From an uncultured bacterium (GTDB lineage: Bacteria; Bacteroidota; Ignavibacteria; Ignavibacteriales; Melioribacteraceae), in assembly GCA_965554225.1 (NCBI GenBank), contig CBEVZC010000002.1, forward strand, positions 746 to 64,745: DNA of 64,000 nucleotides, in the 5' to 3' direction. The position numbers and the translations under genes were made by a program. Position 1 is the stretch's first letter. Each line of letters begins with the position of its first letter. Positions 9,182 through 20,118 of the stretch are shown here, piece by piece. A model generated the notes under the pieces. The model did not search any database. It worked only from the letters and a program-made list of their open reading frames with translations, and had not been told where the DNA came from.

Positions 9182-10567
9182 ATGTTTACTAGTCAAATTT
9201 ATAAAGAACGAAGAAATTTATTAAAAAAAACAATAAAAAATGGTGTCCTTTTTTTCCCGGGAAATAAAAATACATCCCGTAATTTAGCATCTATGTCTTA
9301 CCCGTTCAGGCAGGATAGCACGTTCCTTTACTATTGGGGACTGGATTTCCCTGGTCTCTCTGCTATTATTGATATTGATAATGATAAAGAAATTATCTTT
9401 GGAGATAACAGACCGGTAGACGATATCATTTGGATGGGACCCGATTCTTCTATAGAAGAAAAAGCAAGTTCAGTTGGGGTAGCGAATATAGAACCTTCAA
9501 ATAATTTGGAAAGTTTTTTACTTCAGGCTATTAAATCAGGAAGAAAAGTCCATTACTTACCTCAATACAGAGCTGAAAATATTATTTATTTAGCAGGATT
9601 ATTAGGTATTAAAGCTGCATTTATTAATAAATATGTTTCTTTTGAATTGATTAAAGCGGTAATTGATCAACGTTCTGTTAAAGCGCCGGAAGAAATATTG
9701 GAAATCGAATCGGCTCTGGATGTAAGTTATGAGATGTACATCCTTGCAATGAAGCTTACGAAACCAGGAGTATATGAGAAAGATATTGCTAAAGGCATTG
9801 AAGGTTTGGCAGAACTAAAGGGGGAAGGGATTTCGTTCGGTACTATCTTCTCCGTTCGCGGTGAAATTCTGCATAATGAATCTTACGATAATTTAATGAA
9901 GGATGGTGACATTGCTTTATTAGATTCGGGTGTAGAATCCAAATTACATTATGCAAGCGATATTACTCGCGTAATTCCCGTAAGTGGAAAATTTTCTGAA
10001 AAGCAAAAAAATGTATATAACGTTGTTTTAAAGTCACAGATTAAAGCAATAGAAATGATTAAAGCCGGAGTGCAATATAAAGATATTCATCTTAAAGCGG
10101 CCAAAGTAATTGCTGAAGGGATGAAACAGCTTGGAATGATGAAAGGTGATATGGATGCTGCTGTTGAGCAAGGTGCGCATGCATTGTTCTTTCCACATGG
10201 ACTTGGGCACATGATGGGCCTTGATGTTCACGATATGGAAAGTTTCGGCGAAGATTATGTTGGATACGACGAAAAAGTAAAACGAAGTAATCAATTCGGA
10301 TTGGCATACCTGCGCTTGGGGAAAGAACTTAAAGAGGGCTATGTATTAACTGTTGAACCCGGTATTTATTTTATCCCGGCTTTAATTGATCAATGGAAAG
10401 CAGATAATAAATTTACCGAATTTATAAATTATGATAAGGTTAATGAGTATAGGGGTTTTGGGGGGATAAGGATTGAAGATGATATCTTAGTTACTAATGA
10501 CGGGTATAAAGTCCTAGGTAAACCAATACCTAAAACTGTTGAGGAAGTTGAAGAAGCTTGTAAGTAA
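9182..10567 (+). CDS. pepP: Xaa-Pro aminopeptidase (M24B, aminopeptidase P)
   Basis: 461 aa. It has the AMP_N-type N-terminus (YPFRQDSTFLYYWG) and the M24 metal-ligand region HGLGHMMGLDVHD ... VEPGIYF ... GGIRIEDD. GGGAGG lies 5 nt upstream of the ATG. Confidence 0.85.
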   Translation: MFTSQIYKERRNLLKKTIKNGVLFFPGNKNTSRNLASMSYPFRQDSTFLYYWGLDFPGLSAIIDIDNDKEIIFGDNRPVDDIIWMGPDSSIEEKASSVGVANIEPSNNLESFLLQAIKSGRKVHYLPQYRAENIIYLAGLLGIKAAFINKYVSFELIKAVIDQRSVKAPEEILEIESALDVSYEMYILAMKLTKPGVYEKDIAKGIEGLAELKGEGISFGTIFSVRGEILHNESYDNLMKDGDIALLDSGVESKLHYASDITRVIPVSGKFSEKQKNVYNVVLKSQIKAIEMIKAGVQYKDIHLKAAKVIAEGMKQLGMMKGDMDAAVEQGAHALFFPHGLGHMMGLDVHDMESFGEDYVGYDEKVKRSNQFGLAYLRLGKELKEGYVLTVEPGIYFIPALIDQWKADNKFTEFINYDKVNEYRGFGGIRIEDDILVTNDGYKVLGKPIPKTVEEVEEACK

Positions 10568-10710
10568 ATTAATTGTAAAGAATCTAATGTTAGCAGAAAA
10601 TTATGATATTTAATTAACCCGTATGTTTTAAATTCAATTAGTAATTTAATACTTTTAACTTTGTTCAAATAAATGTAGGATTCGATTTCTAAAATATCAG
10701 ATTAAAAATT

Positions 10711-13539
10711 ATGCTTACAGAAAAATATTGGCAGTTATACAATTCATTAAAAAGTGTATTTTCAAGTGACAGGTTAGTTTATGATGACTTAAGAACATTA
10801 GCATTCGGAACCGATGCCAGTTTTTATAGACTCATACCTAAATTAGTTGTTAAGGTTAAAAATGAATCTGAAGTTGTACATTTGCTTAAAGAATGCAAAT
10901 CCTTAAACATTCCCGTTACTTTCCGCTCTTCAGGAACAAGTCTTTCGGGTCAGGCAATCACTGATTCGGTTCTGGTAAAAGTTGATAATTCATGGAAGAA
11001 TTACAAAGTTAATGAAGACGGGAGCCAAATTACCCTTGCACCGGCAGTGTTAGGCCAATTTGCCAATCTTTATTTGTCTGCATTTAATAAAAAAATGGGG
11101 CCTGATCCTGCATCGATAAATGCTGCAAGAATTTCCGGTATTGTTGCAAACAATGCCAGCGGTATGACGAGCGGAACTATTCACAATTCTTATAATACCC
11201 TTGCCGGAATGAGAATTATATTTGAAGACGGAACAATTTTAGATACAAGAGATGCAAAGAGTAAAGAAGAGTTCAAACACAATAAAAAAGAGTTTTATGA
11301 AGAACTTGTTACGCTTTCCCAAAGTGTAAAACAGAATCCCGAGCTATCGGATAAAATTAAAAGAAAATATTCTATTAAAAATACAACCGGCTACAGTATA
11401 AATTCGCTAATCGATTTTGATGATCCGTTTGAGATAATTCAGCATTTAATGGTTGGCTCGGAAGGAACTCTCGGTTTCATTTCCGAAGTGACATTTAATA
11501 CCGTTCCCAATTTACCATATAAAGCAAGCGCTTTAATAATTTTCAAAAATATTGAAACTGCCTGCAATGCTATTCCCGTTTTGAAAACTCTTCCTGTTGA
11601 TGCTTCGGAAATAATGGACCGTGTTTCTTTGCGTTCGGTTGAGAACAAACCGGGTATGCCGGATTATTTAAAGGAGCTTTCCGGAGATGCAACTGCTTTA
11701 CTCATTGAAACATCGGCTGATAATCCTGAGGAACTTGATAGAAAAGTGAAGATGATTACAAAATCGCTTCAGGGGTTTGAAAGAGAACGGCCAATTGAGT
11801 TTACAGATGTAAAAGCAGAATACTTAAAACTCTGGAATGTCCGGAAAGGATTATTTACAAGTGTCAGTAAAGATAGAAATCCCGGAACTACAGTTATTAT
11901 TGAAGATATTAACTTCGATACTTCAAAATTAGCTGATGCAGTGCAAGATCTCCAGAAACTGTTTAAGCAGCATATTTACAAAGACACAATAATTTGGGGA
12001 CATGCGCTATCCGGAAATATCCACTTCGTTTTTTTTCATGATTTTAGTAAAGAAAGTGAAGTAAAGATGTACAGGGATTTTATAGATGATTTAACCCATT
12101 TGGTAATAGAGAAATATGATGGATCTTTAAAAGCCGAACACGGTACAGGCAGAAATATGGCTCCTTTTGTTAAATACGAATGGGGAGCGGAAGCCTATGA
12201 TGTAATGTTGAGGATTAAAAAATTATTTGATCCGGGTAGTATTTTAAACCCTGGCGTTCTAATTAATAATGACCCTCAAATTCACATAAAAAATTTAAAG
12301 CCGACACCAATAGCCGATTCGATAATTGATAAATGTATTGAATGCGGTTTCTGCGAAGACGTTTGTCCGTCTAAAGAATTAACATTAACTCCCCGACAAA
12401 GAATTGTTGTGTTTAGAGAAATATCTAAATTGCAAAAGGGTAAAGCAGATATATTAAGATTAAAGGAATTAGAATCGCAATCTAAATATTTTGGAGATTC
12501 AACTTGTGCAACCGACGGACTGTGCGAATTAAGCTGCCCGGTTGATATTGATACTGGAAAACTAATTAATAAAATAAGACGTCGGGAGAATACTGATACG
12601 AGCAAAAAAATAGCGACTCTTATTTCTAAAAACATGAATGTAGTTACTACAGCTGGAAGAGTCGGACTAAATGTTGTTAATGCAGCTCACAATGTTCTTG
12701 GTGATACAGCAATGGAAAAGGTTGCGACTTCACTACGGAATATTTCCAATAATAAAATTCCTCTTTGGAATAAGTACATGCCGAAGGGCGCCGATCTGGT
12801 TTTAAGCAATCTTAAAACCGATAGTAAATTGAAAGTAGTTTATTTTCCGAGTTGTATTAGTAGAAGTATGGGGGTTTCCAAAGGAAGCGGTGAAACGGAA
12901 TCACAAACAACTAAGATGCATAATTTATTAAAGAAGGCGAGATATGATATAATTTATCCGAATAATTTAGCCAATCTTTGCTGCGGTATGCCTTTTAGTT
13001 CCAAAGGCTTTGTTAAGCAAGGTGAAGAGAAAGCGAAAGAATTAAAAGTTGAATTAATGAAAGTTTCTCGAAACGGCGAAATACCAATTTTGTTCGATAC
13101 TTCTCCTTGTACAAAAACAATTAAAGATTTTCAGAAGCTGAAAAACGAGAGCGAATTAAAAATTTTCGATTCAACGGAATTTATTTATGAATTCTTGATG
13201 GATAAATTGACAATTCATAAAATTGATGAAACAATAACAATTCATCCTACTTGCAGTACAACTAAAATGGATATTGTTGATAAAATGAAAGCGATTGCAG
13301 AAGCTTGCGTAACGAATGTGATAATACCTAAAGAAGTTTCCTGCTGCGGGTTTGCCGGCGATAGGGGATTTACTTTCCCGGAATTAAATAAATCTGCCTT
13401 AGTCAGCTTAAAATCGGAACTTCCGCATGAATGTCATTCGGGTTATTCAAACAGCCGAACTTGTGAAATCGGATTATCTCTGCACAGCGGTATTCAATAC
13501 AAGTCGATAATTTATTTAGTTGATAGGTGTACGGAATAG
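10711..13539 (+). CDS. FAD-binding and Fe-S-binding 2-hydroxyacid dehydrogenase (Dld / YdiJ-type GlcD-GlcF fusion)
   Basis: 942 aa with an FAD_binding_4-like N-terminal half. It carries two 4Fe-4S motifs (CIECGFCEDVCPS, CATDGLCELSCPV) and two CCG motifs (CCGMPF, CCGFAGDRGF). Confidence 0.8.
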   Translation: MLTEKYWQLYNSLKSVFSSDRLVYDDLRTLAFGTDASFYRLIPKLVVKVKNESEVVHLLKECKSLNIPVTFRSSGTSLSGQAITDSVLVKVDNSWKNYKVNEDGSQITLAPAVLGQFANLYLSAFNKKMGPDPASINAARISGIVANNASGMTSGTIHNSYNTLAGMRIIFEDGTILDTRDAKSKEEFKHNKKEFYEELVTLSQSVKQNPELSDKIKRKYSIKNTTGYSINSLIDFDDPFEIIQHLMVGSEGTLGFISEVTFNTVPNLPYKASALIIFKNIETACNAIPVLKTLPVDASEIMDRVSLRSVENKPGMPDYLKELSGDATALLIETSADNPEELDRKVKMITKSLQGFERERPIEFTDVKAEYLKLWNVRKGLFTSVSKDRNPGTTVIIEDINFDTSKLADAVQDLQKLFKQHIYKDTIIWGHALSGNIHFVFFHDFSKESEVKMYRDFIDDLTHLVIEKYDGSLKAEHGTGRNMAPFVKYEWGAEAYDVMLRIKKLFDPGSILNPGVLINNDPQIHIKNLKPTPIADSIIDKCIECGFCEDVCPSKELTLTPRQRIVVFREISKLQKGKADILRLKELESQSKYFGDSTCATDGLCELSCPVDIDTGKLINKIRRRENTDTSKKIATLISKNMNVVTTAGRVGLNVVNAAHNVLGDTAMEKVATSLRNISNNKIPLWNKYMPKGADLVLSNLKTDSKLKVVYFPSCISRSMGVSKGSGETESQTTKMHNLLKKARYDIIYPNNLANLCCGMPFSSKGFVKQGEEKAKELKVELMKVSRNGEIPILFDTSPCTKTIKDFQKLKNESELKIFDSTEFIYEFLMDKLTIHKIDETITIHPTCSTTKMDIVDKMKAIAEACVTNVIIPKEVSCCGFAGDRGFTFPELNKSALVSLKSELPHECHSGYSNSRTCEIGLSLHSGIQYKSIIYLVDRCTE

Positions 13540-13558
13540 TTTTTACGAAATAATGAAA

Positions 13559-14050
13559 TTAGAATGAAGTATTAAGTGTGAAGTGGCTGACGTTTGTTTT
13601 TTGATTGCTATCTGGTTGATTTAAAACTTCTTTTTCAGGTCCCATCAAATCTTTCAAAGTGAGTTTGTTAACAACTTGATCAACTGCGTTTTGGATTAAA
13701 ACCCAAAGACCTCGTGTTGAGCAATCAATTGAATTTTTGCATATCGATTCTTGTCCCATATGATTAGCACAGAATTCATCACCAAAAAGTTTCCCGCCTA
13801 ATGTTCTTAAAATATCTCCCACGATTATTTGATTTGGTGAACGGGTTAGCGAATATCCACCCGCTTGCCCCCGTTCACTTTCCAAATAACCCTCCATACG
13901 CAGTGTCCTTAGCAGCTTTGCTACATTGTGCTGTGAGATACCCTCTGCAGAACTTATTTCAGGTATAGTAAGACCTTCGCCTTTTTGAAAAGCTTTCCCA
14001 AGTCTTATTAAACACCGAATTCCATATTCTTCTTGAGCACTAAGTTTCAT
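13559..14050 (-). CDS. Rrf2-family transcriptional regulator with three clustered Cys (IscR-like Fe-S sensor); last gene of the suf string
   Basis: MKLSAQEEYGIRCLIRLG... winged-helix N-terminus. Cys residues sit in FCANH, SICKN and DCSTRG. Confidence 0.85.
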   Translation of the reverse strand: MKLSAQEEYGIRCLIRLGKAFQKGEGLTIPEISSAEGISQHNVAKLLRTLRMEGYLESERGQAGGYSLTRSPNQIIVGDILRTLGGKLFGDEFCANHMGQESICKNSIDCSTRGLWVLIQNAVDQVVNKLTLKDLMGPEKEVLNQPDSNQKTNVSHFTLNTSF

Positions 14051-14115
14051 TTATCCTCTTGGTCTTGCTCATACTATTGAACTTACTCTTTTCATCTTTA
14101 TTTTCCAGATTTCAA

Positions 14116-14652
14116 TTAACTGACGTTTTTAGGGATTTTAGACCCGCACATTTTAGCATGGACTAATTTTTCATAATCTTCTTTTGAAATTGAAGGGCCT
14201 TCTTTCGAGCAATGTTCTTCAAAAACTTGCTTTAACAGAAATGATATATCTTCCGGCGACCTTCCTTCAATATGATGACGAGGTAAAAAGAAAATAGGCT
14301 TTCCACCTTGCATCAAAGCCATTGAAGGTGATGAAGGTGGAATGCTGGGCAAATATTTATTCCTAAAATGATCAACTGCGTCTCTATCCTGACCTGCAAA
14401 TACTGTGGTTATTCTATCGGGAATAATTTTATTTTGCAGGGCTAAAGTTGCTCCCGGTCTTGCACTGCCAGCTGCGCATCCGCAAACAGAATTAATGACA
14501 ACTAACACAGTTTCGTCCGGATTATTGGTTAATGAATTATCAACCAACTGAGGAGTAGTTAATTCTTCAAATCCAACATAAGTTAATTCATCTCTCATCG
14601 GCTGAACAGCAACCGGATCATAGATAGGAGTTTTTTGATTTATATTAAACAT
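14116..14652 (-). CDS. BrxA/BrxB-family bacilliredoxin (DUF1094) with C-terminal extension
   Basis: VVINSVCGCAAGSARPGA, TVFAGQDRDA, PSSPSMAL and LPRHHIEG match B. subtilis YphP/YqiW almost motif for motif. An extra ~35 aa tail contains another Cys. Confidence 0.88.
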   Translation of the reverse strand: MFNINQKTPIYDPVAVQPMRDELTYVGFEELTTPQLVDNSLTNNPDETVLVVINSVCGCAAGSARPGATLALQNKIIPDRITTVFAGQDRDAVDHFRNKYLPSIPPSSPSMALMQGGKPIFFLPRHHIEGRSPEDISFLLKQVFEEHCSKEGPSISKEDYEKLVHAKMCGSKIPKNVS

Positions 14653-14668
14653 ATTTATTCCTTTCTTT

Positions 14669-14983
14669 TTATAGATATCCTAAAGTTAATTTTGCCTCCT
14701 CGGACATCATATCCATGCTCCAAGGCGGATCCCAAACAAGTTCTAAGTCAACGCTTTTAACTCCATAAACTTGTTCAATTCTTTCTTTTACCTGCCCCGG
14801 TAATGAGCCTGCTACCTGGCATGCAGGCGTGGTTAATGTCATTCTTATTTTTACGTTTCCTTCAGCATCTACTTCTATGCTGTAAATCATACCCAACTCA
14901 TAAATATTAACTGGTATTTCAGGGTCATAAATAGTTTTCAATGTATCTATAACGTCAGCTTTAATTCTTTCTTTTGTATCCAT
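14669..14983 (-). CDS. DUF59 / SUF-associated Fe-S assembly protein (MIP18 family)
   Basis: 104 aa. IYDPEIPVNIYELGMIY ... MTLTTPACQVAG is the canonical DUF59 signature. Located in the suf operon. Confidence 0.85.
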   Translation of the reverse strand: MDTKERIKADVIDTLKTIYDPEIPVNIYELGMIYSIEVDAEGNVKIRMTLTTPACQVAGSLPGQVKERIEQVYGVKSVDLELVWDPPWSMDMMSEEAKLTLGYL

Positions 14984-14999
14984 AGCAATTAAAAATATA

Positions 15000-16271
15000 T
15001 TATTTAAACATTTTAATGGTTTTATTTAAACTTTCTACTAATAAGTCAATTTCTTCAAGCGTATTGTAAAGTGCAAAGGAAGCTCTGGCTGTTGCTGTTA
15101 AATTGAATCTTTCAATAAGTGGTTGTGTACAATGATGACCGGTTCTGATAGCTACTCCATTTGTATCAATAATGGTTCCTATATCATAAGGATGAATCCC
15201 GTCGATTACAAATGAAATAACTGCACTTTTATTCTCTGCAGTTCCTATAATTTTTAGTCCGTCAATATTTTGAAGATGTTCGGTCCCGTAATTGAGAAGC
15301 TCAAGTTCATGATTGTGAATATCTTGAATATCAAAGGAGCGCAGATAATCGATTGCAGCTCCTAACCCAATACCGCCGACAATATTAGGGGTTCCGGCTT
15401 CAAACTTATGAGGGATATTGTTAAACGTGGTCTTTTCAAATGTAACGTTTCTAATCATTTCTCCTCCACCTTGGTATGGAGGCATATTATTTAACAATTC
15501 AGCTTTTCCGTACAAAACTCCAACTCCGGTCGGACCAAACATTTTGTGTCCGGAAATAGCATAAAAATCGCATCCTAAATCTTGTACGTCTATATTAAGA
15601 TGCGCAGATGCTTGAGCTCCGTCGACAAGAACAGGAATGTTATATTCGTGAGCTTTATCTACAATCCATTTTATTGGATTTATAGTTCCAAGTGTATTTG
15701 ATACATGAACAATAGACACAAACTTTGTTCTTTCGCTTATCATATTTTCAAATGCGTCAGTATCAAGTTCACCATTTTCATTAATAGGAATCACTCTGAG
15801 CTTAAGATTTTTTTGTTCACACACAAACTGCCAGGGAACAATATTTGAATGGTGTTCCATGTGCGATATTATTATTTCATCGCCTTCTTTGAAGTAGTCT
15901 TTCCTTGAATAAGATTCAGCAACTAAATTAATAGCTTCGGTAGCCCCGCGTACAAAAACAATTTCGGAAGCGCTTAATGCATTTACAAATTCTTTTACTT
16001 TGAGGCGAGCATTTTCATATTCTTCCGTTGCTAACTCACTTAAAAAATGAAGACCTCTGTGAATATTTGCATTTTCGTTTAAATAGTAGTTTGATATTGT
16101 ATCAATCACGGATTTTGGTTTTTGCGTGGTTGCCGCATTATCTAAGTAAACTAACTTCTTCCCATTAACCGTTCTATGAAGAATAAGAAAGTCCCCTCTA
16201 ATTTTTTCAATATCAAATTTTCGTTTTCCCGTCTTAGATACTGAGCTGTTTTGAATAAGTAAATCCTCCAT
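15000..16271 (-). CDS. sufS: Cysteine desulfurase SufS (group II)
   Basis: 423 aa. It has the PLP lysine motif SGHKMFGPTGVGVLYG and the active-site loop RTGHHCTQP. Located in the suf operon. Confidence 0.92.
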   Translation of the reverse strand: MEDLLIQNSSVSKTGKRKFDIEKIRGDFLILHRTVNGKKLVYLDNAATTQKPKSVIDTISNYYLNENANIHRGLHFLSELATEEYENARLKVKEFVNALSASEIVFVRGATEAINLVAESYSRKDYFKEGDEIIISHMEHHSNIVPWQFVCEQKNLKLRVIPINENGELDTDAFENMISERTKFVSIVHVSNTLGTINPIKWIVDKAHEYNIPVLVDGAQASAHLNIDVQDLGCDFYAISGHKMFGPTGVGVLYGKAELLNNMPPYQGGGEMIRNVTFEKTTFNNIPHKFEAGTPNIVGGIGLGAAIDYLRSFDIQDIHNHELELLNYGTEHLQNIDGLKIIGTAENKSAVISFVIDGIHPYDIGTIIDTNGVAIRTGHHCTQPLIERFNLTATARASFALYNTLEEIDLLVESLNKTIKMFK

Positions 16272-16272
16272 A

Positions 16273-17646
16273 TTAAAACTCGGCTGTATGAAGATGTTGA
16301 AATATTTGATGACTTAATTTTTCTCTTAAAGGTTCCAATTGAATAGCATCCACGACATCTTCCGCAAAAGCTTTAATCAACATTGATTTTGCCAAATTAC
16401 TTGGAATACCGCGGGAGCGAATATAAAAGTAAGCTTGTTCATCTAAACTGCCTACGGTGGCGCCATGCGAACATTTAACATCATCGGCATAAATTTCCAA
16501 TTGCGGTTTTGTATCTGCACCGGCTGTTTTTGATAACAATACAGATTTGTTCGATTGGAATGCATTGGTTTTTTGAGCTTCTTGTCTTACCAAAATCTTT
16601 CCGGCAAATACACCGTGGGCATCATCATCCAGTATTCCTTTATAAAGCTCGTTGCTCATACAATTTGGTTTAATATGATCAATAAACGTATGGTTATCTA
16701 TATGTTGATTTTCATTGCCGATATAAAGTCCGTATAAATGACATTCAATATTTTCGCCATCCAGTTCTGCATTGATATCGTTTCTTACTAATGATCCGCC
16801 AACTGAAAGAGAAAAATGATTAACTATGCTTTTACCTTTTTGGTCGATATTGGTTTTCTCGATATGAAAAGCGGAATCGCCTTCATTTTGAATTTTATAG
16901 AAATTAAGCATTGCATCTTCTGCGGCAAAAATTTCAGTAGCTGCATTTGTAAAATAACTTTTTGAAGTCAAAGAATTATAGGACGTGAGAACAGTAAATT
17001 GGCTATTCTTACCGCCGATAAACAGATTTTTTGAAGTAGAAAGAATTTCAGCGTCTGCATCTCCGGTTAAATGTAATATTTGGACGGGTTTCTCAAGAAT
17101 GTAATTATCGGGAATAATTACTACGGCCCCGTCATGTGCGTATGCTGAATTAAGTGTATCGAAAGCATTTCCTTCGTTAATAAGTTTCGGTATATATTTC
17201 CGGATAACTTCGGGCTTTTGAACAAGCAGATTATTCAAACTATCTATAATAATACTTCCCGGGACAGAAGTTAAATCAGAAAGTTCAGGGGAAAAATTTC
17301 CGTTTACAAAGACAATTAAATGATAATCAAATTTATCATATAGAATTTTGTTTAATAGCTCTCTATCTATTTTGTTGTATCCGGTTCCCAATAAAGGCGT
17401 AAAGTTTTTTGATAAAACCGGTTTAACATTTGTGTATTTCCATTCTTCATCTTTAAGAGTAGGAAATTCCATCGATTTGAATTTTTCAATCGCATCTTTT
17501 CTAATTTTGCTAAGCAAAGTATTTGCTTGCCCGTTCAGCTGTTGTTCGAACAATTGAAAATTTTCTATATACCAATCTTTAATTTTTATATCTTTTGTTG
17601 TAGTCATTATTGTACTATATCTCCTTACATCAAATTCTTTTTCCAA
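16273..17646 (-). CDS. sufD: Fe-S cluster assembly protein SufD
   Basis: 457 aa, positioned between sufC and sufS. The C-terminal GATVGSLDEQAYFYIRSRGI is typical of SufB/D. Confidence 0.88.
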   Translation of the reverse strand: MEKEFDVRRYSTIMTTTKDIKIKDWYIENFQLFEQQLNGQANTLLSKIRKDAIEKFKSMEFPTLKDEEWKYTNVKPVLSKNFTPLLGTGYNKIDRELLNKILYDKFDYHLIVFVNGNFSPELSDLTSVPGSIIIDSLNNLLVQKPEVIRKYIPKLINEGNAFDTLNSAYAHDGAVVIIPDNYILEKPVQILHLTGDADAEILSTSKNLFIGGKNSQFTVLTSYNSLTSKSYFTNAATEIFAAEDAMLNFYKIQNEGDSAFHIEKTNIDQKGKSIVNHFSLSVGGSLVRNDINAELDGENIECHLYGLYIGNENQHIDNHTFIDHIKPNCMSNELYKGILDDDAHGVFAGKILVRQEAQKTNAFQSNKSVLLSKTAGADTKPQLEIYADDVKCSHGATVGSLDEQAYFYIRSRGIPSNLAKSMLIKAFAEDVVDAIQLEPLREKLSHQIFQHLHTAEF

Positions 17647-17661
17647 TGTGACAGAAAATTT

Positions 17662-18426
17662 TTATAAGCTTTCTGCCGGTAATTCTTCTTTGGTTAACCA
17701 ATCATAACCTTTTTCTTCAAGCTCTAAGGCTAAATCCTTCGTTCCGGATTTAACTATTTTACCATTGTAAAGTACGTGAACAAAATCGGGGACAATATAG
17801 TCCAAAAGTCTTTGATAATGAGTAACCAAAATAACAGCGTTTTTATCTGAACGGAAAACGTTTACACCCTTTGAAACTATTTTTAATGCGTCAATATCCA
17901 AACCGGAATCCGTTTCATCTAAAACAGCTAATTTAGGATTGAGCATTAACATTTGAAGAATTTCATTTCTCTTTTTTTCGCCGCCCGAAAATCCTTGATT
18001 AACCGGTCGGGAAATTAAGGATGGATCCATATTAAGAACTTTTGCTTTTGCTTTAATTAATTCGAGAAAGTCTTTTGCACTAAATTCAGGTAAACCTCGG
18101 TATTTTCTAATTTCATTTAGCGCTGTCTGTAAGAAAGAAATATTACTAATGCCGGGAATTTCGATTGGGTATTGAAAAGCTAAAAACAATCCTTCCCTTG
18201 CCCTGTCTTCCGGAGCCAGATCCAATAAATCTTTCCCTTCAAAAATTAATTTTCCTTGCGTTACATCATAAGCTTCGTGGCCTGCTAAAACATTTGCAAG
18301 AGTACTTTTGCCGGAACCGTTCGGGCCCATAATTGCGTGAACTTCTCCTGCGTTAACATCAAGATTTATTCCTCTTAATATTTCTTTTCCCTCAATGTTT
18401 GCGTGTAAATTTCTAATTTTAATCAT
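17662..18426 (-). CDS. sufC: Fe-S cluster assembly ATPase SufC
   Basis: Walker A GPNGSGKST, signature FSGGEKKRNEI and Walker B AVLDETDSGLD. Confidence 0.95.
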   Translation of the reverse strand: MIKIRNLHANIEGKEILRGINLDVNAGEVHAIMGPNGSGKSTLANVLAGHEAYDVTQGKLIFEGKDLLDLAPEDRAREGLFLAFQYPIEIPGISNISFLQTALNEIRKYRGLPEFSAKDFLELIKAKAKVLNMDPSLISRPVNQGFSGGEKKRNEILQMLMLNPKLAVLDETDSGLDIDALKIVSKGVNVFRSDKNAVILVTHYQRLLDYIVPDFVHVLYNGKIVKSGTKDLALELEEKGYDWLTKEELPAESL

Positions 18427-18474
18427 TTATTTTATTCCTTAACATATTAAATTTAATAGATATTACGTGTTTAA

Positions 18475-19932
18475 TTAACCAACGCTTCCTTCTAGACTAA
18501 TGGCTAAAAGTTTTTGAGCTTCCACGGCAAATTCCATTGGAAGCTCTTTAAAGACTTCCTTACAAAAACCGTTAACAATCATATTTACCGCATCTTCCGT
18601 AGAAATACCGCGCTGGTTTAAGTAAAATATTTGGTCATCGCTTACTTTAGAAGTTGTAGCTTCGTGTTCAACAATAGCCGTATCATTATTGACTTCAATA
18701 TATGGGAAAGTATGAGCTCCGCATTTGTTTCCCATCAGCATCGAATCGCATTGGGAAAAATTACGGGCATTATCAGCATTTTTCCCAACTCTAACCAAAC
18801 CTCGGTAAGAGTTATCACTTCTCCCGGCTGAAATACCTTTTGAAATAATTGTGCTGCGGGTATTTTTACCGAGATGAATCATTTTGGTCCCGGTATCTGC
18901 CTGCTGATAGTTGTTTGTGACCGCAACCGAATAGAACTCGCCTACGGAATTATCGCCTTGTAAAATACAGCTTGGGTATTTCCAAGTAACCGCAGAACCG
19001 GTTTCCACTTGCGTCCACGATATTTTTGCATTGGTTTTACAAATACCACGTTTGGTTACAAAATTATAAATTCCGCCTTTTCCTTCTTTATCGCCCGGGT
19101 ACCAATTTTGAACAGTAGAATATTTTATTCCCGCATTATCAAGCGCAACTAATTCTACTACGGCAGCGTGTAGTTGATTCTCATCTCTCATTGGAGCCGT
19201 ACATCCTTCCAAGTAGCTTACATAACTTCCTTCATCGGCTATGATCAATGTTCTTTCAAATTGTCCGGTATTCATAGCGTTTATTCTAAAATATGTAGAA
19301 AGTTCCATTGGGCAGCGGACTCCCTTTGGAATATAGACAAAAGATCCGTCGCTAAAAACAGCTGCATTTAGCGAAGCGTAAAAATTATCGGTATACGGAA
19401 CAACCGAACCGAGATATTTTTTTACTAAGTTGGGGTGATTTTGTATTGCTTCCGAAATCGGACAAAATATTATCCCTTTTTCCGATAGAGTTTCTCTGAA
19501 TGTTGTTGCGACTGAAACGGAATCAAAAACCGCATCCACGGCAACGCCGGCAAGTGTTTTTTGCTCATCAATTGGAATGCCCAATTTTTCAAAAGTAGCA
19601 ATAAGCTCAGGATCAACTTCGTCTAAGCTCTCATATTCCGGCTTTTTCTTTGGTTCGGCGAAATATCTTATATCCTGAAATTTTACTTCCGGATATTTTA
19701 CTTTCGGCCATTTGGGTTCGGTTAGTGTAAGCCAATGTTTATATGCTTTAAGTCTCCATTCCGTCATCCATCCGGGTTCTTTCTTTTTAGCGGAAATTTT
19801 TCTGATTATATCTTCATTTAAACCAATGGGAAATTCTTCCTCTTCAATGTCACTTACAAATCCCCACTTATATTCAGAATTGGTTAAGTCTTCAACAACT
19901 TTCATATCATCGCTTTTCTGTTCTTCGCTCAT
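18475..19932 (-). CDS. sufB: Fe-S cluster assembly scaffold SufB
   Basis: Highly conserved SufB sequence ([39 protein letters not shown]). I prefer ATG 19932 (MSEEQK...) over the TTG at 19956 used in the ORF track. Confidence 0.93.
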   Translation of the reverse strand: MSEEQKSDDMKVVEDLTNSEYKWGFVSDIEEEEFPIGLNEDIIRKISAKKKEPGWMTEWRLKAYKHWLTLTEPKWPKVKYPEVKFQDIRYFAEPKKKPEYESLDEVDPELIATFEKLGIPIDEQKTLAGVAVDAVFDSVSVATTFRETLSEKGIIFCPISEAIQNHPNLVKKYLGSVVPYTDNFYASLNAAVFSDGSFVYIPKGVRCPMELSTYFRINAMNTGQFERTLIIADEGSYVSYLEGCTAPMRDENQLHAAVVELVALDNAGIKYSTVQNWYPGDKEGKGGIYNFVTKRGICKTNAKISWTQVETGSAVTWKYPSCILQGDNSVGEFYSVAVTNNYQQADTGTKMIHLGKNTRSTIISKGISAGRSDNSYRGLVRVGKNADNARNFSQCDSMLMGNKCGAHTFPYIEVNNDTAIVEHEATTSKVSDDQIFYLNQRGISTEDAVNMIVNGFCKEVFKELPMEFAVEAQKLLAISLEGSVG

Positions 19933-20118
19933 TTCTTTACCTTTTTTGATATCCAAATTTCATTTATAATCGACAATAAAATTTTAATTGTGCATGAAAC
20001 GTAATCAATCTTGCAAAAAAAGTCAAGATTAAAACTTCGGACAAAAACACCCATTAGTTTAAGTGGAAAAAATTACGATTATTTGAGAAAAGAAAGAAGA
20101 AAGTATTAATAAAAAAAC

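Noticed and set aside
19933-19956. TTG start of sufB (MDIKKGKE...)
   Set aside because: An in-frame ATG at 19932 follows 8 codons later and gives a normal SufB N-terminus. The choice remains uncertain but does not affect function.
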